Positions 13,008 through 25,997 of a stretch of 64,000 nucleotides of DNA are shown here, in pieces (the first letter of the stretch is position 1; every line of letters starts with the position of its first letter). The notes under the pieces were generated by a model. The model was given only the letters and a program-made list of their open reading frames with translations. It was not told the DNA's origin and did not search any database. The stretch is taken from the NCBI GenBank assembly GCA_951406725.2, contig OX597842.1, forward strand, positions 1,488,001 to 1,552,000, given 5' to 3'. Source of the stretch: Octopus vulgaris. Taxonomy: Eukaryota. Made by a program: the position numbers and the translations under genes.

Positions 13008-13620
13008 ATGATGGTGGTGGTGATGATGATGATGGTGATGATGATGATGGTGATGATGATGATGGTGATGATGATGATAGTGATGATGATGATAGTGATG
13101 ATGTTGATGATGATGATGATGATGGTGATGATGATGGTGATGATGATAGTGATGATGATGGTGGTGATGATGATGGTGATGATGATGATGGTGATGATGA
13201 TGGTGGTGATGATGATGGTGATGATGATAGTGATGATGATGGTGGTGATGATGATGGTGATGATGATGATGGTGATGATGATGGTGGTGATGATGATGTT
13301 GATGATGATAGTGATGATGTTGATGATGATGATGATGATGGTGTTGCTGATAATGATGGTGGTGATGATGACAATCATGATAGCAATGAAGACAGTTATG
13401 ATTGTGGTGGTGGAGGTGTTAATGCTGATGATGATGGTGATGCCTGTGCCAATGATGATGATGATGATGATGATGATGACATCGGTAGTGATAATGATTA
13501 TGGTGGTATATTGTGGTGCTGATGAAGATAATGTTAATGATTATGATGGTGATGATGATTGTGGTGGTGGTGGGACCGTGGTAATGATGATGATGATGAT
13601 GATGATGGTGATGGTGAGGA
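12918..13620. repeat. (GAT/GGT)n microsatellite
   Basis: Direct reading. Confidence 0.95.
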
Positions 13621-13782
13621 CAGCAACCAATGCTAGAAGGAAGAAGAGTTAATAAAATAACAACAATAACAAAAAATATATTGTTTATAGAGATGGATGT
13701 GTTTGCAACTGTATTTAAATACATACATATATATATATAACCATATATACACATACATATATATATATTCACACATACACAC

Positions 13783-13821
<39 letters not shown>

Positions 13822-14003
13822 GATATGGTTCTTACTTTCCCTTTTTTTTTGCCTCTATCTTTTTTCTCTTCTCATGCTTTTCTATAGAAGTGCTTTGGCT
13901 TGAAACATCAAACACTTCTTCCATTTTTCTTGAGCGTCAAACAGATACACCAAGTTTGTTGCTCCCTCACCTGTCACTGTCTTTTGTATCATTTTGAACC
14001 ATT

Positions 14004-14058
<55 letters not shown>

Positions 14059-14094
14059 GAATGGAGTTGAACGATGATTTAACAAAATTCCTTT

Positions 14095-14179
14095 ACTCTC
14101 GACATATGTTTCGAAGGCTGCATATTCCTAATTTCGAAGGAATAAGGGGTGCATTATGCCGCCTTCTCACCAGGAAAAT
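14095..14179 (-). ncRNA. Type I hammerhead motif with long stem II (core A6 to G)
   Basis: attttc-CTGGTGA-gaaggc...gccttc-GAAA-catatg-TC-gagagt; palindromic stem III ACATATGT, GUC site. Confidence 0.65.
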
Positions 14180-14324
14180 GTATTAAAAAAACACACAAAT
14201 TTCCACACAAAAGCATGTGATCTCTGCCCTTGGCATGTAGCTTCAACCGTGTTTTTCTGACGTGAATTTGCTACCCAGGTATCGGTTAACCGAATTATCC
14301 ATACTAAGATAATTCATTCAACTA

Positions 14325-14362
<38 letters not shown>

Positions 14363-14584
14363 TAAATAAATAGAGTTTAACGCAGGTGTAAATCAAATAT
14401 TTTTACTTTCGACACATGTTTCGAAAATTCCACTGATACTATTCAAAAGAATAAATGGTATAAACAATGCAGTTTCTACCTTTATAAACAAGGAGTTACA
14501 ACTGCTTTACTTGTGAGATTTTTGCTATCCTGGTAACTATTTATTTTTTCCGTGTTAATTGTTAACAAGGTAAAAATACATTTA

Positions 14585-14625
<41 letters not shown>

Positions 14626-14626
14626 C

Positions 14627-14789
14627 ACTGTGTGGTAAGTAGCTTGCTTACCAACCACATGCTTCTGGGTTCATTCCCACTGCATGGCACCTTCAGCAAG
14701 TGTCTTCTACTATAGCCTCGGGCCAACCAAAGCCTTGTGAGTGGATTTGGTAGGCGGAAACTGAAAGAAGCCTGTCATATATATGTATG

Positions 14790-14862
<73 letters not shown>

Positions 14863-14926
14863 ATATGTTTGTTCCCCCAACATCACTTGACAACCGATGC
14901 TGGTGTGTTTACATCATTGTAACTTA
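14627..14926 (+). mobile_element. SINE family A (partial)
   Basis: Match to head and body. Confidence 0.85.
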
Positions 14927-15139
14927 CATCCTTGTAACTCTGCAGGGTGGTTGGTGTTAGGAAGGGCATTCAGTTGTAAAAACTGTGCGAAAACAGACCC
15001 CAAAGTCTCCTACCTGGCCGGCTTCTGTCAAACCATACCAGCACGGAAAGTGGACATGAAATGATGATGATGATGATGAATTCAAAACAACGTGAATAAA
15101 AGAGTGTTGCATTTAACAAAGTAATCTGAATGTCAAAGG

Positions 15140-15241
15140 AATGCCGCCACCAAGGAGATAGACATGGCAGCTAAAGCCAGCTCCAAGTGGCTATGGTTGA
15201 TGAGGGACTGCAAGTGGAACCCTTACAGAGGAGAGGACTAA
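15140..15241 (+). pseudogene. 3' fragment of a HERO/R2-group non-LTR retrotransposon ORF
   Basis: Translation KEIDMAAKASSKWLWLMRDCKW resembles the C-terminal AAE.AS.WLW..R motif; recalled, not searched. Confidence 0.5.
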
Positions 15242-15297
15242 TGCAAGTCCTCACTACCCCACTGTGGCAAAGTGTACATGCTAAGGGCTGAAATACT

Positions 15298-16075
15298 TAT
15301 TTCTTTACTGCCCAAAAGGGGAACAACAAGGACAGACAAATGGATTAAGTCGATTATATTGACCCCAGTGTGTAACTGGTACTTATTTAATCGACCCTGA
15401 AAGGATGAAAGTAAAGTCGACCTTGCTAAGGGCTGAAATACTTATTTCTTTACTGCCCACAAGGGGCTAAACAACAAGGACAGACAAATGGATTAAGTCG
15501 ATTATATTGACCCCAGTGTGTAACTGGTACTTATTTAATCGACCCTGAAAGGATGAAAGTAAAGTCGACCTCAGCAGATTTGAACTCAAAATGTAACGGT
15601 AGACGAAATACCGCTAAGCATTTCGCCCAGCTTGCTAACGTTTCATATTTCTTTATTACCCCACAAGGGGCTAAACACAGAGAGGACAAACAAGGACAGA
15701 CAAGCAGATTAAGTCAATTATATTGACCCCAGTGTATAACTGGTACTTATTTAATCGACCCTGAAAAGGATGAAAGGCAAAGTCAACCTCGGTGGAATTT
15801 GAACTCAGAACATAGCAGCAGACGAAATACCACTAAGCATTTCGCCCAGCTTACTAACGTTTCTTATTTCTTTATTACTCACAAGGGGCTAAACAAGGAC
15901 AGACAAAGGGATTAAGTTGATTACATCGACCCCAGTGCATAACTGGTACTAAATTTATCGACCCCGAACAGATGAAAGGCAAAGGCGACCTCAGCGGAAT
16001 TTGGACTCAGAACGTAACAGCGGACGAAATACCGCTAAGCATTTTGCCCGGCATGCTAACATTTCTGCCAGGTCA
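15298..16075 (-). mobile_element. SINE family C (Meta-domain-like), tandem multimer
   Basis: Four repeats of TTGCCTTTCATCCTTTCGGGGTCGAT...AAGTACCAG. Confidence 0.8.
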
Positions 16076-16499
16076 CAGGTGAAATACTTGCGACCCTGAG
16101 ACACAAAAGGGTTTCCTTCAGTACAACAGATTCAGAAGAGTTTACGATAGTTCTGAGTAGCTCTTGTAGTTTCTGTGGGGACCAAACTATCTTCGACATT
16201 TATTACAGCTGCCAACGTGTTCGTTAAACTCTGTGTGGAACTGACACAACAATCAGGTGACAATTGTTACACCAGAATTACGAATGATCTTTGGAAAAAA
16301 GGATTGCATGAGTGGCAAAGGGAAATATGTAGAATGAACTCCACCAAATCACACAACATAATCTTTAAATATAGTACCATGGCTTCAACACCATCATTTT
16401 CCAATTCTCTTCCATATTCTTTATCTTCTACTTCCAAATCTTCTTCAAATTCTTCCTAAACTCTGCAAATTCTTATTCTACTTCTCCTTCTTTCTCCAA

Positions 16500-16800
16500 A
16501 TTTCCTTCTTACATTTCTTCTTTTACCAATTTGTCATTCTTTCTTTCTTTTCCTCCTTTTCTTCTTCTGTCTTTTCTTCTTCTTCTTCTTCCAGTTTGTC
16601 TTATTCTTTTCTTCTTCTCCTTCTTCTTCCAATTCTTCTTCGTCTTCCAATTCCTCTTCTTCCAATTCTTCTTCTTATTCTCCTTCTTCTTCCAGTTTTT
16701 CTTATCCTTTTCTTCTTCTTCCAATTCCTCTTCTTCTTCTTCTTCTTCTTCCAATTCCTCTTCTTCTTCTTCTTCTTCCAATTCTTCAACTTCTTCATTA
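16500..16800. repeat. (TTC)n microsatellite interrupted by CAA
   Basis: Direct reading. Confidence 0.9.
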
Positions 16801-17279
16801 CATTAATTTTTGTTTGATCAACTTTTAAAGTAATTAATATAATTTTAATTGTAATTTTTTTATTCTTCCTTTGAAACCTTCGCTATGAAAAATGAGTATC
16901 GACTCTCCTTCACCACAAAAAAAAACCATTTCCAAGACAATAACAAGAACAACACCACTAGCAACAACAACAACAACAATAATAATAATAATAATAATAA
17001 TAATATTAATTTTATTAATGATAAAAATAACTAACGACATAGAAGCATGGAAAAATGGATGTTGAGAAAATGAATAATAATAATGATAATAATTAATAAT
17101 AATAATAATGATGATGATGATGATGATGATGATGGTAATTGAGGGGGTGTAGAGGAGGTCCATGATATTATTTTTATTGGCTGCGGTCAATGTGCTGCAG
17201 TCATGCTGGGACATCGCCATCTTGTATACTACTAACACTGTTGCTGTTACTACTACTACTACTGCTATGACTACTACTC

Positions 17280-17825
17280 ACAATAATGGTAACGTTGATG
17301 ATAATGAAGATGATGGTAGTGGTGGAGGTGGTGGTGATAGTGATGGAGATGGTGGCGGTGGTGAAGGGGGGTGGGGTGGAGGTGGTTATGGTGGTGGTCA
17401 TGGTAGTAGTAATGATAGTAATGGGGATGGTGGTGGTGGTAGTGATGGTGGTAGTGGTGGTGGAGATGGTGGAGATAGTGGTGGTAGTGGTGCTGGTCAT
17501 GGTAGTAGTAGTGATAGTGATGGGAATGGTGGTGGTGGTAGAGGTAGTGGTGGTGGAGGTGGTGGTAGTGATGGTGGTAGTGGTGGTGGTCGTGGTAGTA
17601 GTAGTGATAGTGATGGGGATGGTGGTGGTGAAGGGGATGGTGGTGGTAGACATAGTGGTGGAGGCAGTGATGGTGGTGGTGGAGATGGTGGAAATAGTGG
17701 TGGTAGAGGTGGTGGTCATGGTAGTAGTATTGATAGTGATGGTGGTAGTAAAGGGGATGGTGGTGGTAGACATAGTGGTGGAGGCAGTGATGGTGGTGAT
17801 AGTGGTAGTGGTGGTGGTGATGTTA
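17280..17825. repeat. (GGT/GAT/AGT)n low-complexity tract with ~120-bp higher-order repeats
   Basis: AAGGGGATGGTGGTGGTAGACATAGTGGTGGAGGCAGTGATGG at 17631 and 17751. Confidence 0.85.
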
Positions 17826-18050
17826 ATGTTGCCAAATTCTGTATATTTTTACGATAGTGATAATGACCCCTTTCTGTTACGGATACCTGGCCTAAAATTA
17901 CTGGGAAGGGCTAAGTCAATTGCATCAACCTCAGTATTCAACTGGTACTATTTTACTGAGCCCAAAAGGATGGAAGACACAGTTGACCTTGGCAGATCTT
18001 GAACTCAGAACATAAAGACATGAAATGTTACCAAGCGTTTTGCCCCATAT

Positions 18051-18426
18051 TCTTTTACTGGTTTCAGTCATTTGACTATGGCCATGTTGGAGCACTGCCT
18101 TTAGTTGAACATCTCGACCCCAGGACTAATTCTTTGTAAGCCTACGACTTATCGAACTCTTCTGCCAAACTGCAAAGTTATGGGGACGTAAACACACCAA
18201 CATTGGTTGTCAAGTGATGGTGGGGGAACAAACATAGAATCACACATACATATATATATATATGATGGGCTTCTTACAGTTTCTATCGACCAAATCCACT
18301 CACAAAGCTTTGGTGAGCCTGAGTTTATACTAGAAGACACTTGCCCAAGGTGCCACGCAGTGGTACTGAACCCAGAACCATGTGGTTGGTAAGCAAGCTA
18401 CTTACCACACAACCATTCCTACGCCT
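18051..18426 (-). mobile_element. SINE family A
   Basis: Reverse-complement match. Confidence 0.85.
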
Positions 18427-19439
18427 ACAATATGCTAACAATTTTGCCAGTTCACTGCCTTAATAATAATAATAAATTATAATGAAAAAAATAATAATAA
18501 TAAAAAATTATATTAATAATAATGATGATGATGATGATGATGGTAATATTGGATGTTGAATGTCTCCCATGATAATTAACAACCAAGTACCAAAGCTTAT
18601 AATGTGTGGAAAGAGACCCTGTGAAACCTCTGACCACAGGCGACTGTCCATTCTCACAGAATCTACAAGAGCAAATAAGATTGAGCACTCTGAGAAGTTA
18701 AACATCATCATCATCATCATTTAACGTCCACTTTCCATGCTAGCATGGGTTGGACGGTTCAACTGGGGTCTGAGGAGCCCGAAGGCTGCACCAGGCCAGT
18801 CAGATCTGGCAGTGTTTCTACAGCTGGATGCCCTTCCTAACGCCAACCACTCCGAGAGTGTAGTGGGTGATTTTTATGTGCCACCGACACAGTGCCAGAC
18901 GAGGCTGGCAGACGGCCACGCTCGGATGGTGTTTTTATGTGCCACCGACACAGGTGCCAGATGTGGCTGGCGAACGGCCACAATCAATAAATAATAATCC
19001 TCACTGTTATCGAGCCAAGGCCTAGAATTTGGGGGGGGGGGGGGATAGGGGCTAGACTTGTAGCTATTTTATTGAACCCGAAATTGACCCCAGCAGTATT
19101 CGTACTCAACATAAAGACAAATGAAATGCCAACAAGCATTTTGACCGACGTGCAAACAATTTTGCCAGATAGCTGCATTAGTAATAATAACAATGATAAT
19201 CTTTTCCACTAGAGGTACAAGGCCTGAAATTTCTTGGGGCTGGGGTGAGTTGATTACAGTGACCTCAGAATTTGACTGGTACTTATTTTATTGACCCCAA
19301 AAAGATGAAAGGCAAAGTTAACCTCAACAGAATTTGAACTCAGGACATAAAGATGAATGAAGGGCAGTTAAGCATTTGGTCTGGCGTACACACTACCTTA
19401 ATAATTACAAATTTTTGCCACAAGAGCAGCTTGGGGGGA

Positions 19440-20228
19440 GGGTATTAAGTCAATTACATTGACCCCAGTGCATAACTGGTACTTATTTGACTCCGAAAGG
19501 ATGAAAGGCAAAGTCAACCTTGGCAGAATATGAACTCAGAACATAGCAGTTGACGAAATATCTGTTTCTTTACTGTCCAAAAGGGGCTAAACACAGAACA
19601 AAGAGGGGAAAATGAAGGACAGACAAAGGGATTAAGTCGATTATATCGCCCCCAGTGCATAAGTGGTACTTATTTAATCAGCCCCGAAAGGATGAAAGGC
19701 AAAGTTGACCGCAGCGGAATTTGAACTCAGAACATAGCGGCAGACGAAATATCTATTTCTTTACTACCCACAAGGGGCCAAACATAGAGGGGACAAACAA
19801 GGACAGACAAATGGATTAAGTTAATTACATCGACCCCAGTGCGTAACTGGTACTTAATTTATTGACCCCGAAAGGATGAAAGGCAAAGTCGACCTCAGCG
19901 GAATTTGAACTCAGAACGTAGCGACAGACGAAATATCTATTTCTTTACTACCCACAAGGGACTAAGCACAGAGAAGACAAACAAGGACAGACAAATGGAT
20001 TAAGTTAATTACATCGAACCCAGTCCGTAACTGGTACTTAATTTATCGACCCCGAAAGGATGAAAGGCAAAGTCGACCTCGGCGGAATTTGAACTCAGAA
20101 GGTAGCGGCAGATGAAATATCGCTAAGCATTTCACCCGGTGTGCTAACGTTTCTGCCAGCTCGCCGCCAGTTGACGAAATATTACTAAGCATTTCACCTG
20201 GCGTGCTAACGACCCTGCCAGCTCGACG
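19440..20228 (-). mobile_element. SINE family C tandem multimer (~184-bp period)
   Basis: CAGACGAAATATCTATTTCTTT at 19741 and 19925; four bodies, head at the right end. Confidence 0.85.
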
Positions 20229-20247
20229 CCTTCCCTCACTACCTTAA

Positions 20248-20634
20248 TGGATGGAAGCACTCCGTCGGTTACGACGACGAGGGTTCCGGTTGATCCGAAT
20301 CAACGGAACAGCCTGCTCGTGAAATTAACGTGTAAGTGGCTGAGCACTCCACAGACACGTGTACCCTTAATGTAGTTCTCGGGGATATTCAGCGTGACAC
20401 AGAGAGTGACAAGGACGGCCCATTGAAATACAGGTACAACAGAAACAGGAAGTAAGAGTGAGAGAAAGTTGTGGTGAAAGAGTACAGCAGGGATCACCAC
20501 CATCCCCTGCCGGAGCCTCGTGGAGCTTTAGGTGTTTTCGCTCAATAAACACTCTCAACACCCGGTCAGGGAATCGAAACCGCGATCCTACAACCGCGAG
20601 TCCGCTGCCCTAACCACTGGGCTATTGCGCCTCC
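20248..20634 (-). mobile_element. tRNA-derived SINE family B, young
   Basis: Head GGAGGCGCAATAGCCCAGTGG...GGTTTCGATTCC; tail CGTCGTAACCGACGGAGTGCTTCCATCCA; flanked by ACTACCTT duplication. Confidence 0.9.
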
Positions 20635-20879
20635 ACTACTACCTTGATAATAATTATAATAATGATTGTAAATTTTGGCACAGGGCCAGAAATTTTGGGG
20701 GAGGGGTTAAGCTGATTACATCAACCCCAATGCTCAGCTGATGCTTATTTTATTGACCCTAGAAAGGACAAAAGGCAAAGTTGACCTCGCTGGGATTTGA
20801 ACTCAGAATGTAAAGATAGACAGAATGCAGATAAGCATTTTGTCTGGCATGCTAACAATTCTACCAGTTCACCACTCTA

Positions 20880-20914
20880 ATGATGATAATGATGATGATG
20901 ATGAGAGGAGGAGG

Positions 20915-20945
<31 letters not shown>

Positions 20946-21500
20946 GGAGGAGGAGGAGGAGGAGGAGGGGGGATGATGATGATGGTGATGATGATGAGGA
21001 TGATGATGATGATGATGAGGTTGAGGAGGATGATGATGAGGAGGAGGAGGGGGATGATGATGATGGTGATGAGGAGGAGGAGGGGGAGGAGGATGAAGTG
21101 GAGGAGGAGGATAATGAGGAAAGAGGAGGTTGGTGACTATGATGGCAGTGATAATAACGAAGATAATAATACTGAAGATGATGATGATGATGATAACAAT
21201 TATGATGAGGTGGACGAGGATGGTGTTGATGACGGCGATGATGGTAATGAAAAAAATATTTATGATGATGATGATAAAGACGATTATGATGATAATGACG
21301 AATATGATGATGACGGTGATGACGACAACGTCAATAACGCCAATGGTTATAAGAATGATGAAGATAAAAAGGATGATGGTAGCAGTGGTCGGGTGGGTGA
21401 TGATGATTATGGTCATGATAATAATAATAATAATACTGATGATGAGGATGATGATGATGATGATGATAATGTTGATGATGCTGATGATAATGTCATGATT
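20880..21500. repeat. (GAT/GAG)n low-complexity tract
   Basis: Direct reading. Confidence 0.9.
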
Positions 21501-21965
21501 AATAATATTAAGAATAAGAATAATTAAACAAATTTTGTAAATTTTTTTAACAATAACAATAAAAATAATCGTTAACATCATTATTATTATTATTATTATT
21601 ATTAACAACACACACACACACACACACACACACACCATGCTCTCTCACACACACACACACACCATGCACACACACACACACACCATGCACACACACGCAC
21701 ACACACATAAGCACACACAGAGCAAGAAGAAAGACAAGATTTTGGCTTCCAGAAAGAAATAAAAGCTGGATAAAAGCTCATCTCCCAGGAATATATGGGT
21801 GGTGGTGGTGGTGGCCATAGTTGGAGAGGAAGGGCAGCTGAAGTGTTTGTGTGCTTCAGTGATGTCAGTGGTATCTGTGGTGGTGGTGGTGGTGGTAGTG
21901 GTAATGTTAGTGCTTAGTGCTTCAATGTGCATTATTAAATAATAATAATAATAATAATGATAATA

Positions 21966-22026
<61 letters not shown>

Positions 22027-22042
22027 TAACAATAATAGTAAT

Positions 22043-22552
22043 AAATGCCCTGATGCAGTACCAGGCAGTGGCTCTCATGGCTTCTGATCTTAGCTGATTG
22101 GAAGTGTTATCATGTACATTGTTTTGTCTTGGTATAAAAGATGGGCCACAGCAAATATTCTGCTCAATACCACAGATTTGCTTGTCAGTTGTTTGACCGT
22201 AACCAGTTGACCATGTCCCTTAGTGGCTGACGATATGTGTTGAGAGGAATTCTTATAGGTTTGGCTAATTCACCTTTGGAAACACGGGTGGTTCGTTCCA
22301 CATCCTTAAACAATCCTTATTCAGAGACCTTTTGAGTGGGATGGGTTACTCAACCAGAAGAAAATTCTAACTGGGCCCCACCTGCAAAGTCATGCGCTGT
22401 TTATCTTTATATGAGATCACCATGTTGTGCACATATGGTTGTGATGCATGTGCCTGGTGTACCCTTATCAGACGGGTAGTCATGATGGGTATACTGGGCT
22501 TCGTATATTTTACCCCAGTGTCACTTTGATTGCATGCACTGCTCTCTCACTC
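22043..22552 (-). mobile_element. Dispersed repeat embedded in (AAT)n
   Basis: (AAT)n on both sides; related inverted fragment at ~5010-5150 (AAGGGACATGCTCAACTGGTTA...GCAAATCTGTG). Confidence 0.6.
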
Positions 22553-22560
22553 AATAATAA

Positions 22561-22591
<31 letters not shown>

Positions 22592-23297
22592 AATCCTTTC
22601 TAGTATAGGCACAAGGCCTGAAATCTTGGTTTTAATAATGACTGTAGTGGTTGTGATAGTCATGATTATAGTGGTAGTGGTGATTGTGAAGTCTGTGAAT
22701 GTGATAGTTGTGATGGTTGTGGTGTGGTTTGCAGTAGTGGGGGTCATGGTTGTGATTGTTGAAATTACAGCGGAGATTCTGGTATTCAGTGGTGGTAGTG
22801 AATACAAAGTCTGTAAAGGTGGTAGTTGTAATGGATTTGGTTATAGAACGCTGTGGTTTTGTTGAGGGTGGTGGTCATGATAGTATTGGTCATATAAAAT
22901 AGTAGTCATCATGATGAAAGTAGTGATGGTGGTGGTTGTAGATATGGTGCTTGTCTTTGTAATAATTTTAGTAGTGGTGGCCATCATTGAGTTGTAGCTC
23001 ATCTGTTGGTGATGTTCATGGTAGGGTTTATTTCTTTAACCCTTTAGCATTTAAATTGCTAATATACGGCCAAAATATTTTATCTATTTTATGTTGAAAC
23101 CTACCAGATCCTGCCTCTTGCACCAACCCTACAATGTCATTCTAAAAATAAACAATCAAGTGCAGGAGTGGCTGTGGGGTAAGTAGCTTGCTTACCAACC
23201 ACATGGTTCCAGGTTCAGTCCCACTGCATGGTATCTTGGGCAAGCTTTGTGAGTGGATCTGGTAGATGGAAACTGAAAGAAGCCCGTTATATATATA

Positions 23298-23681
23298 CTC
23301 TTTTACTTATTTCAGTCATTTGACTGTGGCCATGCTGGAGCATCACCTTTAGTCGCGGAAATCGACTCCAGGACTTATTCTTTGTAAGCCTAGTACTTAT
23401 TCTATCAAGCCCTTTTGCCAAACCGCTAAGTTACGGGCATATAAGCACATCAGCATTGGTTTTCAAGTGATGTTGGGGAGGGGGGACAAACACAGACACA
23501 TAAACATACATATACATATATACAACGAGCTTCTTTCAGTTTCTGTCAACCAAATCCTCTCACAAGGCTATGGTCACCCCAAGGCTATATTAGAAGATAC
23601 TTGCCCAAGGTGCCACACAGTGGGACTGAACCTGGAACCATGTGGTTGGTAAGCAAGCTAGTTACCACGCCACTCCTGCGC
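23298..23681 (-). mobile_element. SINE family A, inverted relative to the 5'-half copy at 23160-23287 (+)
   Basis: Reverse-complement match. Confidence 0.85.
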
Positions 23682-24996
23682 TCATATATGACCTAAATAT
23701 TTTACCTATTTTATTTTGAAACCTACCAGATCCTGCCTCTTGCACCATCCCTACAATGTTATAAAAATAAACAATCACATCATTGAAATCGGAAAGCTAC
23801 AGCCACTCCTGCGCTCATATATGGCCTAAATATTTTACCTATTTTATTTTGAAACCTACCAGATCCTGCCTCTTGCACCATCCCTACAATGTTATAAAAA
23901 TAAACAATCACATCATTGAAATTGGAAAGCTACAGCCACTCCTGCGCTCATATATGGCCTAAATATTTTACCTATTTTATTTTGAAACCTACCAGATCCT
24001 GCCTCTTGCACCATCCCTACAATGTTATAAAAATAAACAATCACATCATTGAAATCGGAAAGCTACAGCCACTCCTGCGCTCATATATGGCCTAAATATT
24101 TTACCTATTTTATTTTGAAACCTACCAGATCCTGCCTCTTGCACCATCCCTACAATGTTATAAAAATAAATAATCACATCATTGAAATCGGAAAGCTACA
24201 GCCACTCCTGCGCTCATATATGGCCTAAATATTTTACCTATTTTATTTTGAAACCTACCAGATCCTGCCTCTTGCACCATCCCTACAATGTTATAAAAAT
24301 AAACAATCACATCATTGAAATCGGAAAGCTACAGCCACTCCTGCGCTCATATATGGCCTAAATATTTTACCTATTTTATTTTGAAACCTACCAGATCCTG
24401 CCTCTTGCACCATCCCTACAATGTTATAAAAATAAACAATCACATCATTGAAATCGGAAAGCTACAGCCACTCCTGCGCTCATATATGGCCTAAATATTT
24501 TACCTATTTTATTTTGAAACCTACCAGATCCTGCCTCTTGCACCATCCCTACAATGTTATAAAAATAAACAATCACATCATTGAAATCGGAAAGCTACAG
24601 CCACTCCTGCGCTCATATATGGCCTAAATATTTTACCTATTTTATTTTGAAACCTACCAGATCCTGCCTCTTGCACCATCCCTACAATGTTATAAAAATA
24701 AACAATCACATCATTGAAATCGGAAAGCTACAGCCACTCCTGCGCTCATATATGGCCTAAATATTTTACCTATTTTATTTTGAAACCTACCAGATCCTGC
24801 CTCTTGCACCATCCCTACAATGTTATAAAAATAAACAATCACATCATTGAAATCGGAAAGCTACAGCCACTCCTGCGCTCATATATGGCCTAAATATTTT
24901 ACCTATTTTATTTTGAAACCTACCAGATCCTGCCTCTTGCACCATCCCTACAATGTTATAAAAATAAACAATCACATCATTGAAATCGGAAAGCTA
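23669..24996. repeat. Tandem array, 10 x 133 bp, near-identical units
   Basis: CACTCCTGCGCTC recurs at 23671, 23804, 23937 ... 24868 (period 133). Confidence 0.97.
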
Positions 24997-25997
24997 TAAG
25001 ATAATGCATGATTAATTCAAAACAATGTAAATAAGCAATGTAAACAATGCGTATTTACATTACTTTGAACTGTAATGTAAATAAGCTTTACAGTTCACAG
25101 AATAATCTCAATGCCAAAGGATTAAACCAGCCATATTTGGCCCAAATATTCCATTTGTTTTACGTCAAAACTAGCCAGATCTAGCTTCTCACACTTATCT
25201 TACAATGTCATTCTAAAATTAAATAATCCCTTCAGCAAAATCTCAAAGCTGTGAGATAAAGCAGGATTAATTCTAATCAATGTGAATAAATACGTATTAC
25301 ATTTGACAGAGTAATCTGAATGCTGTAGGGTTGAAAGTGTTAACGAACCAACAAATCAAGATTTAACCTTAAAATCACTTTCTAATTAACAATATTGTGA
25401 ACAGTGGTTTGAATTTATGATATCACTGGCCGGTTAATAAAATCCAATCAACAACTGACCCCTAACAGACACAGTGAAGTATCAGTGATTAGATCATAGA
25501 TGGATAACATAGTCTATAAGCATGTAACTATATGTAATTGGTCATATCCCCAAATTTTGTTATTTACCTCATAAAACACTGATTGCATTGCTTGGTGTGT
25601 ATTGGCCAGACTAGCTGGAGATAGTACAACATTGAGTCACTTTGACCTGAAGATTGCTATTTCATTTCATTCAGCATAGACACCTGTATCTCACAATCAG
25701 CATTGTCATTTTATGTCATGGATCATCCACTGCTCGTTTGCACCATGAACAAGCACTTATCTTTCATCTGCAAACTGCTCTTTCAACTGGAATGAATAAC
25801 TGTCTTGTTCTCCTTTAGTAATATTTCCTCTGCCAATCTCTGATAAATGCCATATTGCAAACTTCACAATCATCCCATACCCCCAACATCATACACACTC
25901 ACACAAAAACAACACTATTCTTCATTGACACTAAACACACACCAACACAAACACAAATGCACATAACGTACAATATAGGCACACAGCCATATTCATG

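Larger units (their letters stand above)
23036..25333. mobile_element. piggyBac-like MITE (TTAA-CCCTTTAGCATT end) disrupted by SINEs and a tandem array
   Basis: TTAACCCTTTAGCATT at 23036; degenerate right ends AATGCCAAAGGATTAA (~25110) and AATGCTGTAGGGTTGA (~25319). Confidence 0.55.

Noticed and set aside
10998-13652. Long HT/YI/M/I-rich ORFs
   Set aside because: Dinucleotide and trinucleotide repeat artefacts
17162-17857. Gly-rich ORF with a signal-peptide-like start
   Set aside because: The body is a (GGT)n tract with long ORFs in several frames and strands; nothing supports coding beyond the lack of stops
23669-24996. CRISPR-like array
   Set aside because: Units are wholly identical with no unique spacers, there are no cas genes, and the context is eukaryotic
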